Virus record (IMG/VR): IMGVR_UViG_3300008120_005716
Span: 1-56,324 of that record
Reading direction: 5' to 3' (one strand)
Source of the DNA: a virus
Taxonomy: Duplodnaviria; Caudoviricetes
DNA: 56,324 bases
Part shown: positions 40,957 to 50,437 of the stretch, one piece after another
How the letters are laid out: each line of letters begins with the position of its first letter
Numbering within the stretch: position 1 is the stretch's first letter
Made by a program: the position numbers and the translations under genes
The notes under the pieces: model-generated
The model's database searches: none
What the model saw: the letters and a program-made list of their open reading frames with translations, nothing else
What the model was told of the DNA's origin: nothing

Positions 40957-41502
40957 ATGAGTAACAAGTGGGATGAGTTCCAAATTACTCCATCTAAAAA
41001 ATTTGGTTATGATGTTCCGATATTTCAACCATCGGTTTATAGAGAATATAGAGGTGAGATATTCACAACATACCATTCGGAAGAACATCCTGTAATGAAT
41101 CATATACACTATGATAAGAATGAACTTTCTATTCACGGAAGATTTTCTCGTTCTTATAAGGGTGTATTAAGAGGATTGCATTGGGATAAAAAGACATGGA
41201 AGTTAGTTCAAGCAGCTGTAGGTGATATTTATTTGGTTGTTTTGGATATGAGAGAGAATTCACCAACTTATGGAGATTGGGAATCATTTATTATAACCGA
41301 AAGATTAAGGAATCAGATATTAGTTCCACCGGGGTTTGCAAACGGACACTACGCATTAACTGATTGTATGTTTCATTATAACCTATTTTACAAAGATGGT
41401 TATGTGGATGCGGATGAACAATATGTAGTTAAGTGGAATGACCCGGAATTTCAAATGGAATGGCCTACAAATAATCCAATATTACAAAAAAGAGATAGAT
41501 GA
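40957..41502 (+). CDS. rmlC: dTDP-4-dehydrorhamnose 3,5-epimerase (RmlC family)
   Basis: RGEIF; SRSYKGVLRGLH; KLVQ...GDIYLVVLDMRENSPTYG.W; VPPGFANGH; WNDP....WP. Confidence 0.88.
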   Translation: MSNKWDEFQITPSKKFGYDVPIFQPSVYREYRGEIFTTYHSEEHPVMNHIHYDKNELSIHGRFSRSYKGVLRGLHWDKKTWKLVQAAVGDIYLVVLDMRENSPTYGDWESFIITERLRNQILVPPGFANGHYALTDCMFHYNLFYKDGYVDADEQYVVKWNDPEFQMEWPTNNPILQKRDR

Positions 41503-42506
41503 AAAATATAGTGGATATATTTGATAATTTTATTGTAATAAAAAGACCTATTTTTGTTTCTTACAATAGAGAGGAAATAATAGATTTTTTTAATCAAATA
41601 TTACCATATTTTAATAATGGATATAAATGTTTTTACGCAGAAAACGGAGAACCAATTAATAATGATTATATAAAAAATTTACAAATTATATCCGATATAC
41701 TTACTTCTAATAATATAAATCCTAATAAATTTGTAATTTTATACGAAAATAATTCAGAATCACATAAAAAATTATTAAAAAATTTAGGATTTGAATATGC
41801 ACTACATATTCGATGGATTACAGATGCTACTCCAAAAGAATTTTTAGATAATCAATTTTTATCAAATAATTTAGACAAAAAGTTTTTATTCTTAAATAGA
41901 AAGTTTAAACATCATAGAGTAGAATTATATCAATATTTAAAAAATGAAAATATACTAAATAATACATATTATTCTGCTAAATGGTTGAATGATAGTAATT
42001 TTGAAGAAGATTATGAATCTGAAAAAGTTAGATTACGTGTAGATGTTCACGACCATTTGTTTGAACTATATAATCAATCGTATATCCACATTATAACAGA
42101 AACAAAATGTGAAGATGTAATTGAAAATATTGATGTATCTTTTTTTAGTGAAAAAACATTTAGACATTTGGCATTCAATAGACCATTTATAATGGTAGCT
42201 GAAAAAAATCATATAAAAACCTTACAATCATTAGGGTTTAAAACATTTCATCCATATATTGATGAGAGTTATGACGGATTGGATTACAATGAGCGAATGA
42301 AAAAAATAAAACAAATAATAATTGATTTGAATAAAAAATCAAAAGAAGAATTATTTGAATTATGTAAAAATTGTGAAAATATATTTGAGCATAATAGATT
42401 ACATTTAATTGAAATTAGTAAATCAATACAAAGTAATATAAAAGAAAGATATCCATATGCTTTACAAGCGATAAATAAATTAATTACAAACTATAAATTT
42501 ATATGA
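41499..42506 (+). CDS. Putative GT-B glycosyltransferase (GT10-like motif), paralogue 1
   Basis: FLFLNR...HR; YNQSYIHIITET...FFSEKTFR....RPFI...LQSLGFKTFHPYIDESYD. Confidence 0.55.
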   Translation: MKNIVDIFDNFIVIKRPIFVSYNREEIIDFFNQILPYFNNGYKCFYAENGEPINNDYIKNLQIISDILTSNNINPNKFVILYENNSESHKKLLKNLGFEYALHIRWITDATPKEFLDNQFLSNNLDKKFLFLNRKFKHHRVELYQYLKNENILNNTYYSAKWLNDSNFEEDYESEKVRLRVDVHDHLFELYNQSYIHIITETKCEDVIENIDVSFFSEKTFRHLAFNRPFIMVAEKNHIKTLQSLGFKTFHPYIDESYDGLDYNERMKKIKQIIIDLNKKSKEELFELCKNCENIFEHNRLHLIEISKSIQSNIKERYPYALQAINKLITNYKFI

Positions 42507-43132
42507 TAAAAAATTTAGAGAAATACCCGATAGTAAGAAATATTGAGCAAACGTCAGAAACCCTAATTGATTTTGAAAACCTAATAGTAAAGCATTGGGA
42601 GGAAGGCAAAATCAGAGGACCAATACATTTATCAAATGGAAATGAAGAGCAATTAATTGAAGTATTTAAACGTATCAATCAAAACGATTGGGTATTTAGT
42701 ACATGGCGTTCTCATTATCATTGTTTACTTAAAGATATTTGTCCTGTTTGGATTGAAGAAGAAATATTGAAAGGTAAATCAATTACATTATGTAACGTTG
42801 ATGAAAAGTTTTATTCATCAGCTATCGTAGGTGGAACTCTTTCAATAGCATTGGGAGCGGCTATGGGAATTAAGCAAAGTGGAAGCGATGAAAAGGTTTG
42901 GGCCTTTATTGGTGATATGAGTTTTGAGAGTGGCATATTTTATGAGGTTCACAAATATGCAAGAAACTTCGATTTACCACTATACTTTGTTGTTGAAGAT
43001 AATGATGTTTCTACTTACACTCCAACTGAAGCAACTTGGAATAAAAAAAGAGAAGTACCGGAAGATGTAATTTACTATAAATACAAATCAAAATTTCCAC
43101 ATTACGGAACGGGTAAGTGGATTGCATTTTAA
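42503..43132 (+). CDS. TPP-dependent dehydrogenase E1 alpha-like subunit (short, 209 aa)
   Basis: IRGPIHLSNGNE; STWRSHYH; SSAIVGG; TPP motif variant FIGDMSFESG...VVEDN. Confidence 0.88.
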   Translation: MIKNLEKYPIVRNIEQTSETLIDFENLIVKHWEEGKIRGPIHLSNGNEEQLIEVFKRINQNDWVFSTWRSHYHCLLKDICPVWIEEEILKGKSITLCNVDEKFYSSAIVGGTLSIALGAAMGIKQSGSDEKVWAFIGDMSFESGIFYEVHKYARNFDLPLYFVVEDNDVSTYTPTEATWNKKREVPEDVIYYKYKSKFPHYGTGKWIAF

Positions 43133-43133
43133 T

Positions 43134-44492
43134 ATGTTAAAATTTATATACGATAGATACGATTTTAAAAGAAGAAAACCATATCCAAATTTATTTGATA
43201 AGGCTATAATCTCATATTATAATCAGCATTCTGAAGATTATAATTATGATATAAATACGCAGAAATTTTTATTAACAACATGCCATTCTGAATTATATGG
43301 TAATTTAGTTCACAAAACAAACAATTATATAATTGCACAGGATGGTGTTCCAAATAAAGATGAAAAATATTTTTATCCAATAGAAATATTTGGAAATCAT
43401 AGAAGAATTTTATTAGGAAATGATTGGAAAACAAAAGATGGTATTAAATATTCAAGTTCATTTAAAACAGGCATATCACAAAAAGTTATAGATTTAGCTA
43501 AAGCTGGTAGAATTCAATTTATTATAAATTATTCACACGAACCATTTTCAGATGAATGGTTTATAGAAGAATTTGAAAAAATGGTCAATGAAATGGAACT
43601 TAATATGAATATGTTTCATTTTTTTGTGGGTACATCTAATTTATATGAGTTAGTACCAAAAGCAAAGGAATATAATTTTTATTTTGAAGATTCAATAATA
43701 CAAAGTACTGCAATTAAAATTAAAAATTTAAAATCACAACCAAATTTTACTTTAGGATATAAAACTGAATGGATTGATGATTCTGAAATAGATTTAAATC
43801 GTAGTAAATATTTTGTTTGTTTAAATAGAAATTCACAAAAATCATTTAGATATACTTTTGGTTGTTTTTTGGAATCAAAAAATATGTGGGATAAAGTGTA
43901 TGCCAGTTTTCTAAAAAAATCGGACAATAAAGCATTATATTTAACAGGCGATGAATTATTTGATTTATCTATAAAAAATTCAGAAGAATCTTTCTCTAAT
44001 AAAATACCAATAGAAGTTGATACACATAGTTCTGAAGATAAGGAATCATTTGAAGTAGCAAAAGCATTTAAAAAAGAAATATATTTAGATTCTTACATAT
44101 ACATAGTTACTGAAACAAATTTTGAAGATGATATTTTTATAACCGAAAAAATTTGCAATCCAATGGCTGTGCTACAACCATTTATTATTTTTGGAGCATA
44201 TGGTTATTTAAAATATTTACAATCATTAGGATTTAAAACGTTTGATGGGTTTATAGATGAAACGTATGATGATATAAAAGATAATCAAAAAAGATATTTG
44301 AAAGTATGTTCAGAAATAGAGAGAATTTCAAACTTGCCAATAGAACAATTACATAGTTGGTACAATTCTATAACTGATATTATGATTCATAATAGAAATC
44401 ATTTAATATCATTTGCAGATAAAACAATGTTTAGAGATAATTTAGAAAAAATAGAAAAAAAATGGATAAGAAGTACAATAAAATTGTTATAA
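43134..44492 (+). CDS. Putative GT-B glycosyltransferase (GT10-like motif), paralogue 2
   Basis: FVCLNR; YLDSYIYIVTETNF...FITEKI.NP....QPFIIFG...LQSLGFKTFDGFIDETYD. ATG 43134 preferred. Confidence 0.55.
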   Translation: MLKFIYDRYDFKRRKPYPNLFDKAIISYYNQHSEDYNYDINTQKFLLTTCHSELYGNLVHKTNNYIIAQDGVPNKDEKYFYPIEIFGNHRRILLGNDWKTKDGIKYSSSFKTGISQKVIDLAKAGRIQFIINYSHEPFSDEWFIEEFEKMVNEMELNMNMFHFFVGTSNLYELVPKAKEYNFYFEDSIIQSTAIKIKNLKSQPNFTLGYKTEWIDDSEIDLNRSKYFVCLNRNSQKSFRYTFGCFLESKNMWDKVYASFLKKSDNKALYLTGDELFDLSIKNSEESFSNKIPIEVDTHSSEDKESFEVAKAFKKEIYLDSYIYIVTETNFEDDIFITEKICNPMAVLQPFIIFGAYGYLKYLQSLGFKTFDGFIDETYDDIKDNQKRYLKVCSEIERISNLPIEQLHSWYNSITDIMIHNRNHLISFADKTMFRDNLEKIEKKWIRSTIKLL

Positions 44493-45406
44493 CAGGCTGT
44501 AGCGGCTTAGTTGGAATACATTTAGTAAAAAAATGTTTAAATAAAGGATATGACGTAATTGGTGTAGATTTAAAATATTCTGATAATTTACCAATATCAG
44601 ATAACTTTACTTTCTATGAATTAGATTTAACAAATGAAGAAAACATAAAAAATTTATTTTTTTATGAAACACCAGATGTAGTATTTAATTGTTTTGGTAT
44701 TAAAGGTTCACCACTAAGAGCAAAAACTAAGCCAGTAGATTTTTTATATCCATCGTTTAAGGCTAATACTGAAATAATTAATCAATGTGCTAAGCACAAT
44801 ATTTGGTTAGTATTCGTAAGTTCAGTTGGCGTTTATGCACCTGCTGAAAAGTTTGTAGAAGATAGTGTTTGGAAAACACTTCCATCGGAAGCAGATTGGT
44901 TTCCATCGTGGAGTAAAAGGATGGGTGAAATTCTTTTAGAATCGTATAAGGTTCAATATAATTACGATAATTGGGCTATTATTAGACCAGCAAATATCTT
45001 TGGTGAATATGATGATTTTAGTGGTAATGGTACTGTAATTGGAACTCAATGTAAAAAAATATTTGAAGCAACAAATGAGATTGAAGCATGGGGGGATGGT
45101 ACACCTATCAGAGATTTTGTATATGCCGGCGATGTAGCTGATGCTATTTTAGAACTATATGAACGTGATTTACATACTACAATTAACTTTGGAGCGGGTG
45201 AAGAAATTACTATTAAATCTATGATTGAACAACTGATAGAAATTAGTGGAAAGGATATATCTATAAAATGGGATACATCTAAACCAAACGGAGATATGCG
45301 TAGACAGATGGATACCACAAAGCAATCTGAAATTGGATTATTACCAAAATTAGGGTTCAAAGAAGCATTGAGAAAAACATACAATCATTATATTAGTGGA
45401 AAATAA
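44462..45406 (+). CDS. NDP-sugar epimerase/reductase, GDP-L-fucose synthase-like SDR
   Basis: ITGCSGLVG; VSSVGVY; IRPANIFGEYDDF; WGDGTPIRDFVY; WDTSKPNG..RR. Confidence 0.85.
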   Translation: MDKKYNKIVITGCSGLVGIHLVKKCLNKGYDVIGVDLKYSDNLPISDNFTFYELDLTNEENIKNLFFYETPDVVFNCFGIKGSPLRAKTKPVDFLYPSFKANTEIINQCAKHNIWLVFVSSVGVYAPAEKFVEDSVWKTLPSEADWFPSWSKRMGEILLESYKVQYNYDNWAIIRPANIFGEYDDFSGNGTVIGTQCKKIFEATNEIEAWGDGTPIRDFVYAGDVADAILELYERDLHTTINFGAGEEITIKSMIEQLIEISGKDISIKWDTSKPNGDMRRQMDTTKQSEIGLLPKLGFKEALRKTYNHYISGK

Positions 45407-46472
45407 GTTACATATTGTTACATCGGGTTGTTCATTCACTCACAATTATAGAATGAATATATCTTTGCCAGAAATGGAAGATAGGTGGAAAAATGACCCG
45501 AAGGAAGATTATACCTGGTTTCATTGGTTATGGAGAAAGTTGGATAAGGATGCCGAATTTCATAACTATGGTACTATTACAAACGATAATAAAACAATTT
45601 GTCGTTCCATATTCTATAAGGTAAATGATTTGATTTTTAATCAAAATGTAAATCCAAAAGATATCATTGTAATTGCACAATGGACTACATTGACTAGGAA
45701 TTCATTTTTCATTTCACCATCAAAGTATAAAGAAAATCCAAAAAATGATTTAACAAAATTGTGGTTAGAAAAAAATGATTCTCACCCACACACCAACGAT
45801 TTTATAAAATTTGACGAAAAAGAATATTGTTATCAGCATGGGTATTACTATCTAACCGGTGGATATAATCTAACAAACCATCCTGGCAAAGTTGATGAAT
45901 TTTGTTCACACTACTTAGACAGTGTAATGTCAAAAGAGGAAAGATATATAGATTGGTTTGATTCGCTGATTGGATTGTTGAGTTGGTTAGAGAAAGTCGG
46001 CGTTACTAAATTCTATTCATTTAATATGAATAATAATTTTTCAAAACCGGCATTAGAAGCAAAAACGCCGCCATTTCATATTTGGGATAATCCAAAATTT
46101 GGGACTCCGTATCAGCAAATGATAGAGCAAAAAAAAGTTGAAAATACTTGGGGTAGTGGTTTAATGATATATGATAATCCATATGTAAAAATGTATTCTG
46201 ATAGAATAGATTTTGATAAATACTTTTGGTTTTTTGAAGAAAATTCCGTACATTCGTATGGAGGAATTATAGAATGGAGCATTAGAAACTTTGACTATAA
46301 TTTATCAGATGGTAATTATAATTTACCAAAAGTATTGTGGAGAGAGATGAACGGAATGAGTATAGATGCACAAAAACAATATTTGGAAAAAAGTTGGTAT
46401 GGACATACATCATCTATATTAACTCATAAATTTGTAAATGATGTAGTTTTAAATTGGGAAATTTTTAAATAA
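45396..46472 (+). CDS. SGNH-like hypothetical protein (GCSFT type)
   Basis: VTSGCSFT; NYG; VIAQWT..TR; C-terminal WYGHTSS; paralogue of 50437-51531. Confidence 0.55.
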   Translation: MENKLHIVTSGCSFTHNYRMNISLPEMEDRWKNDPKEDYTWFHWLWRKLDKDAEFHNYGTITNDNKTICRSIFYKVNDLIFNQNVNPKDIIVIAQWTTLTRNSFFISPSKYKENPKNDLTKLWLEKNDSHPHTNDFIKFDEKEYCYQHGYYYLTGGYNLTNHPGKVDEFCSHYLDSVMSKEERYIDWFDSLIGLLSWLEKVGVTKFYSFNMNNNFSKPALEAKTPPFHIWDNPKFGTPYQQMIEQKKVENTWGSGLMIYDNPYVKMYSDRIDFDKYFWFFEENSVHSYGGIIEWSIRNFDYNLSDGNYNLPKVLWREMNGMSIDAQKQYLEKSWYGHTSSILTHKFVNDVVLNWEIFK

Positions 46473-46477
46473 AAAAT

Positions 46478-47470
46478 ATGAAAAGAACAGACAAAATTTT
46501 AGTTACAGGCGCAAGTGGATTTATTGGTTCACGATTATTAAAAATGTTATATGAAAATGGATATACTAATTTAAGAGCAACTACATTTGCTAGAGACTTA
46601 AGAAATGATTTTTCAGGTACACAATTTGTAGAACATATAAAAGGAGATTTACAAACTGCTGAATTTTGTGAAAAAGTTGTAAAAGATATTGATGTAGTAT
46701 TCCATTGTGCAGCAAATACATCAAATGCATTGGATACAAAAGTAAATCCTCTTATACACGTTACGGCTAATGTTGAAATGAATGTAAACTTAATGGAGCA
46801 AGCTTGGAAAAACAAAGTTCGTAAGTTTATGTATATTTCATCAAATACAGTTTATCCTGATTTAGGTTCTGAATTTTGTTATGAAGATGAAAATTGTCAA
46901 ACACCAAACATATTTCCTGTTTATAAAGCGGTTGGTAATATGAAACGTTATGGCGAAACACTTTGTGATTTCTTATCAAACCATATTCATACTCCAATGC
47001 AGTGTGTAATTATCAGACCTTCAAATGCGTTTGGACCTAATGATAAATATGATTATGAAAAGTGCCACGTTACTCCCGCAAATATCCGCAAGGTAGCGGA
47101 TGGATTAAACCCAATTCCAGTATGGGGTGATGGTAGTGAGATTAGAGATGTTATTCACGTTGATGATATGGTTAGTGGATTCATATGTGTAGCTGAAAAC
47201 GTAGATACATATGATGTTTACAATGTATGCTATGGGCAAGGATACTCTGTAAATGAAGTATTGAATACTATAAAAGAAATTGAAGGTAATACAAATCCCA
47301 TAGAATATGTTAACAACAAAGCTCCAATGATTCCCGTTAGATTACTTTCTAATGATAAACTTCGTAAGTTGGGATGGAAACCTAAATATGATTTAAGAAG
47401 TGGATTAGAAGATGCGTTAAAGTGGTACAAAGAACATAAAAACGAATTTAATCCAAATTCAAAACCTTAA
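46478..47470 (+). CDS. NDP-sugar epimerase/reductase, GDP-L-fucose synthase-like SDR
   Basis: VTGASGFIG; FHCAA; ISSNTVYP; IRPSNAFGPND...CHVTPA; VWGDGSEIRD.IHVDD. Confidence 0.88.
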   Translation: MKRTDKILVTGASGFIGSRLLKMLYENGYTNLRATTFARDLRNDFSGTQFVEHIKGDLQTAEFCEKVVKDIDVVFHCAANTSNALDTKVNPLIHVTANVEMNVNLMEQAWKNKVRKFMYISSNTVYPDLGSEFCYEDENCQTPNIFPVYKAVGNMKRYGETLCDFLSNHIHTPMQCVIIRPSNAFGPNDKYDYEKCHVTPANIRKVADGLNPIPVWGDGSEIRDVIHVDDMVSGFICVAENVDTYDVYNVCYGQGYSVNEVLNTIKEIEGNTNPIEYVNNKAPMIPVRLLSNDKLRKLGWKPKYDLRSGLEDALKWYKEHKNEFNPNSKP

Positions 47471-48579
47471 TGGATAGTAAGGAGGATATACTTAAAAAAT
47501 ACGTTTGTGAGATGCCATTTATGTACAGCGATGTACAATGGACATCTCAATTCGTATGCTGTCCTTCTTGGGCACCACAAAGTATCAGAGTTGATGTTAA
47601 TGGAAATGAAAGCTGGTTTCCGGTAAACGAAACCGATGATGTAATGCGGAATTGGACATCAGTTCCGGCTCAAAATATTCGTAAATCGGTTTTAGATGGT
47701 ACTTACAAATATTGTGACCACAAAATATGTCCGAGATTAAATGAATTAATAAACACAGGCAGAAAACCATATTTGTTTAGAGAAATAGATGAGTTTAGAG
47801 AGGTTTACAATATTCATACCGAAGAAGATATTATAAACTATAAAACGCCGCCTGAAGAGATTCTATTTGGATTCGATAGAAGTTGCAATTTAAGATGTCC
47901 ATCTTGTAGAGTTAATTTAATTCCAAACGATGATTTAGAATCACCACAACATAAAGCAAAATTACATTTATTAAAATCGATTGAAGATAATTTTGCAAGT
48001 AATTTAAAAAGAATTATGGTTACAGGTAGTGGTGACCCATTCTATTCAAAAATTTATAGAGATTATTTGATAAACTTTGATATAACAAAGTATCCCAATT
48101 TAGAACAATTACAAATAATTACAAATGGTAATTTATTGGATGAAAAGTTGTGGAATCAGATGAAAGCAAGCCCATACATTAAAACTATTGAAATTAGTAT
48201 TGATGCGGGTACAAAGGATACATATGAAAATAAAACGAGATTAAATGGTAATTGGGATAGATTAATAAATAATTTAAAATTTCTATCAACTCGAGATACA
48301 ATAGATGAATTTATATGTTCAATGGTAGTTAGTAAGCACAACTATAAAGAAATGTATTTGTTTTATGAGATAATAACAGATATATTTAAAGAATCTACAT
48401 TTGAATTGGTTATAAATTATAGACAGTTGGTAGATTGGGGAACATATCCATTTGATACTTTAAAAGAATTACAAGTATTCAATGAAGAGCACGAATTATT
48501 CAATGAGTTTTTAGAAGAAGTAAATAAAATACATAATAAGAAATTTGTAAACCACAATTTTCATCATTTAATTAAATAA
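47470..48579 (+). CDS. Radical SAM protein with N-terminal SPASM/twitch-like Cys cluster
   Basis: CNLRCPSC; TGSGDPF; ITNG; ISIDA; N-terminal CEMPF...VCC...YCDHKICP. Confidence 0.88.
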   Translation: MDSKEDILKKYVCEMPFMYSDVQWTSQFVCCPSWAPQSIRVDVNGNESWFPVNETDDVMRNWTSVPAQNIRKSVLDGTYKYCDHKICPRLNELINTGRKPYLFREIDEFREVYNIHTEEDIINYKTPPEEILFGFDRSCNLRCPSCRVNLIPNDDLESPQHKAKLHLLKSIEDNFASNLKRIMVTGSGDPFYSKIYRDYLINFDITKYPNLEQLQIITNGNLLDEKLWNQMKASPYIKTIEISIDAGTKDTYENKTRLNGNWDRLINNLKFLSTRDTIDEFICSMVVSKHNYKEMYLFYEIITDIFKESTFELVINYRQLVDWGTYPFDTLKELQVFNEEHELFNEFLEEVNKIHNKKFVNHNFHHLIK

Positions 48580-48580
48580 T

Positions 48581-49123
48581 ATGAGCGCACCACAATATTC
48601 ACCATACAAAGATGCATTGACAAAATCGATGCTAACTTTAGCACAAATGGATGATACAATTTTTATTGGGCAACAAATAGTTTATGCCGGAAATCCTATG
48701 AGTACAACATTAGGAGATGTACCAAAGGAAAAAATGATTGAAGTACCTGTTATGGAAGAAACACAAATGGGTATGACTTTGGGATTAGCTATGACTGGTA
48801 AAAGAGTAATTACATTTTATCCTCGTTGGGATTTTATAGTTTCAGCAGCAAATCAAATGATAAACCATTTGGATAAATTTGAAATTATGACCGGTAAGAA
48901 GCCAAATGTAATTATAAGATTAGGTAAAGGCTCAGATAAACCATTAGACCCGGGCCATCAACATAAAGGTAATTATATTGAAGAGTTTAAATCCTTATGT
49001 AAAAATATAGAATTTCACGATTTGAAAACACCATATGATATTGAATTAGCATATACTTATGTTATGAAAGAGGGCGGTATTCATTGTTTAGTAGAATATC
49101 CAGAACTATATTATCAAAATTAA
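48581..49123 (+). CDS. TPP-dependent dehydrogenase E1 beta-like subunit (pyrimidine-binding domain only, 180 aa)
   Basis: IFIGQ; IEVPVMEETQMGMTLGLAMTG; PRWDF...AANQMINH; GHQH; no transketolase C-terminal domain. Confidence 0.85.
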   Translation: MSAPQYSPYKDALTKSMLTLAQMDDTIFIGQQIVYAGNPMSTTLGDVPKEKMIEVPVMEETQMGMTLGLAMTGKRVITFYPRWDFIVSAANQMINHLDKFEIMTGKKPNVIIRLGKGSDKPLDPGHQHKGNYIEEFKSLCKNIEFHDLKTPYDIELAYTYVMKEGGIHCLVEYPELYYQN

Positions 49124-49127
49124 TATT

Positions 49128-49265
49128 ATGAAAAAGCTATTAAAAAAAATTCCAATTATTTCTTTTTTTATAAAAAAGTATGAAGAAAGACAATCTAAAA
49201 AACGAATTCAAAAAAAGTTAGAGGAGCTTAAAAAAAGAGACCCTTTTGTTTATAAATCATTTTAA
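49128..49265 (+). CDS. Small basic protein (45 aa; not in track)
   Basis: MKKLLKKIPIISFFIKKYEERQSKKRIQKKLEELKKRDPFVYKSF*; exactly fills the gap between genes. Confidence 0.65.
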   Translation: MKKLLKKIPIISFFIKKYEERQSKKRIQKKLEELKKRDPFVYKSF

Positions 49266-49267
49266 TT

Positions 49268-50437
49268 ATGAAGAAGTTATGCTTCGTTCATTATAGGAAA
49301 GATTCCGAAGGAAAATACTATTTTAAAGATGCAGAACCAAAATCAGATTTTAACGAATTGATTGGTTCTTTTTGTTTATTTACTGTATTTGATTTGATTA
49401 AATTGGATTCAATAAATTCTGAAACATCTTTATTTATTTCATTTCAATCAATAGATTTTTCAGTGCCATCATTTTGGGAAACTTTAAATGATAAATTAAA
49501 ATCAATTAAAGTTAAAAATATATTTTATGATTTAGCTACATATGATAATCAAGAAATAGCTGAATCAAATATGGATTTACTTTCCAATTTAATAGATGTT
49601 GAAAGTTTTATAATAAGTAAAAATATAATTTCAAAAAGAAATAATCACCTTTGGTTTGAAGAATTATTTTTTCATTACGTTAAGCCTGATAGCTTAATAC
49701 CATTGAATATATTAGCATTTAAACGAGTTGAAGATACTACATACCGTATACTAAGAAAGTTTAAGGGTATGTTTTATGCTGGCCATAATAGAATACATAA
49801 ATTAGAATTTTTAAATCATTTATATACAAATGATTATTTAAAAGATTTTATATGGTCATCAACAGGTCCGGATTATGAGCCAGATTTATTTAACGAATTT
49901 GTACCGCTAAAATTTCAAGAGTATTATAAAACGCTAGATATTATTAAATTATTACCCCATTTAAACGATTATGAAACGTATGAAGATTATAGAGATAGAG
50001 CAAACGCTTATAACTTTGTTTCATATTTGGATTCATATTTCGATGTAGCAGCTGAAACACGATTTTATCATATACAACGTTCTTCGGGAGCAACAAATAC
50101 TCAATTAAGTTGGAATAATATTTCTGAAAAAATAATGAAACCAACGTTGATGGGGCATCCATTTATATTACTATCAAAGCCAAATACTATATCTACATTA
50201 GAATCTATGGGATTAAAGTATAATTTTGATTTTTGGAAATATGAATACGATTCTATTTTAGATGATTCTGAAAGAATGAAATCTATATTAGAATTTACGG
50301 ATAGTGTTATGAAACTATCTAAAAAGGAATTAAAACAATTTAAGACAGAATATAATCATTATACCGCAGGAAACTTTAATCAAATGGTTAAAGAGATATA
50401 TCCACAAAGTATTTTAAGTATTTACAATAAAGCATAA
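49268..50437 (+). CDS. Putative GT-B glycosyltransferase (GT10-like motif), paralogue 3
   Basis: YLDSYFDVAAETRF...ISEKIMKP..MGHPFILL...LESMG...YEYD. Confidence 0.5.
   Translation: MKKLCFVHYRKDSEGKYYFKDAEPKSDFNELIGSFCLFTVFDLIKLDSINSETSLFISFQSIDFSVPSFWETLNDKLKSIKVKNIFYDLATYDNQEIAESNMDLLSNLIDVESFIISKNIISKRNNHLWFEELFFHYVKPDSLIPLNILAFKRVEDTTYRILRKFKGMFYAGHNRIHKLEFLNHLYTNDYLKDFIWSSTGPDYEPDLFNEFVPLKFQEYYKTLDIIKLLPHLNDYETYEDYRDRANAYNFVSYLDSYFDVAAETRFYHIQRSSGATNTQLSWNNISEKIMKPTLMGHPFILLSKPNTISTLESMGLKYNFDFWKYEYDSILDDSERMKSILEFTDSVMKLSKKELKQFKTEYNHYTAGNFNQMVKEIYPQSILSIYNKA

Noticed and set aside
42503-49123. E1-alpha/E1-beta as an auxiliary gene set boosting host pyruvate dehydrogenase
   Set aside because: The subunits are truncated, separated and embedded in sugar genes, with no E2 core or E3 in the window; a sugar-related role fits better, though this is not formally excluded.
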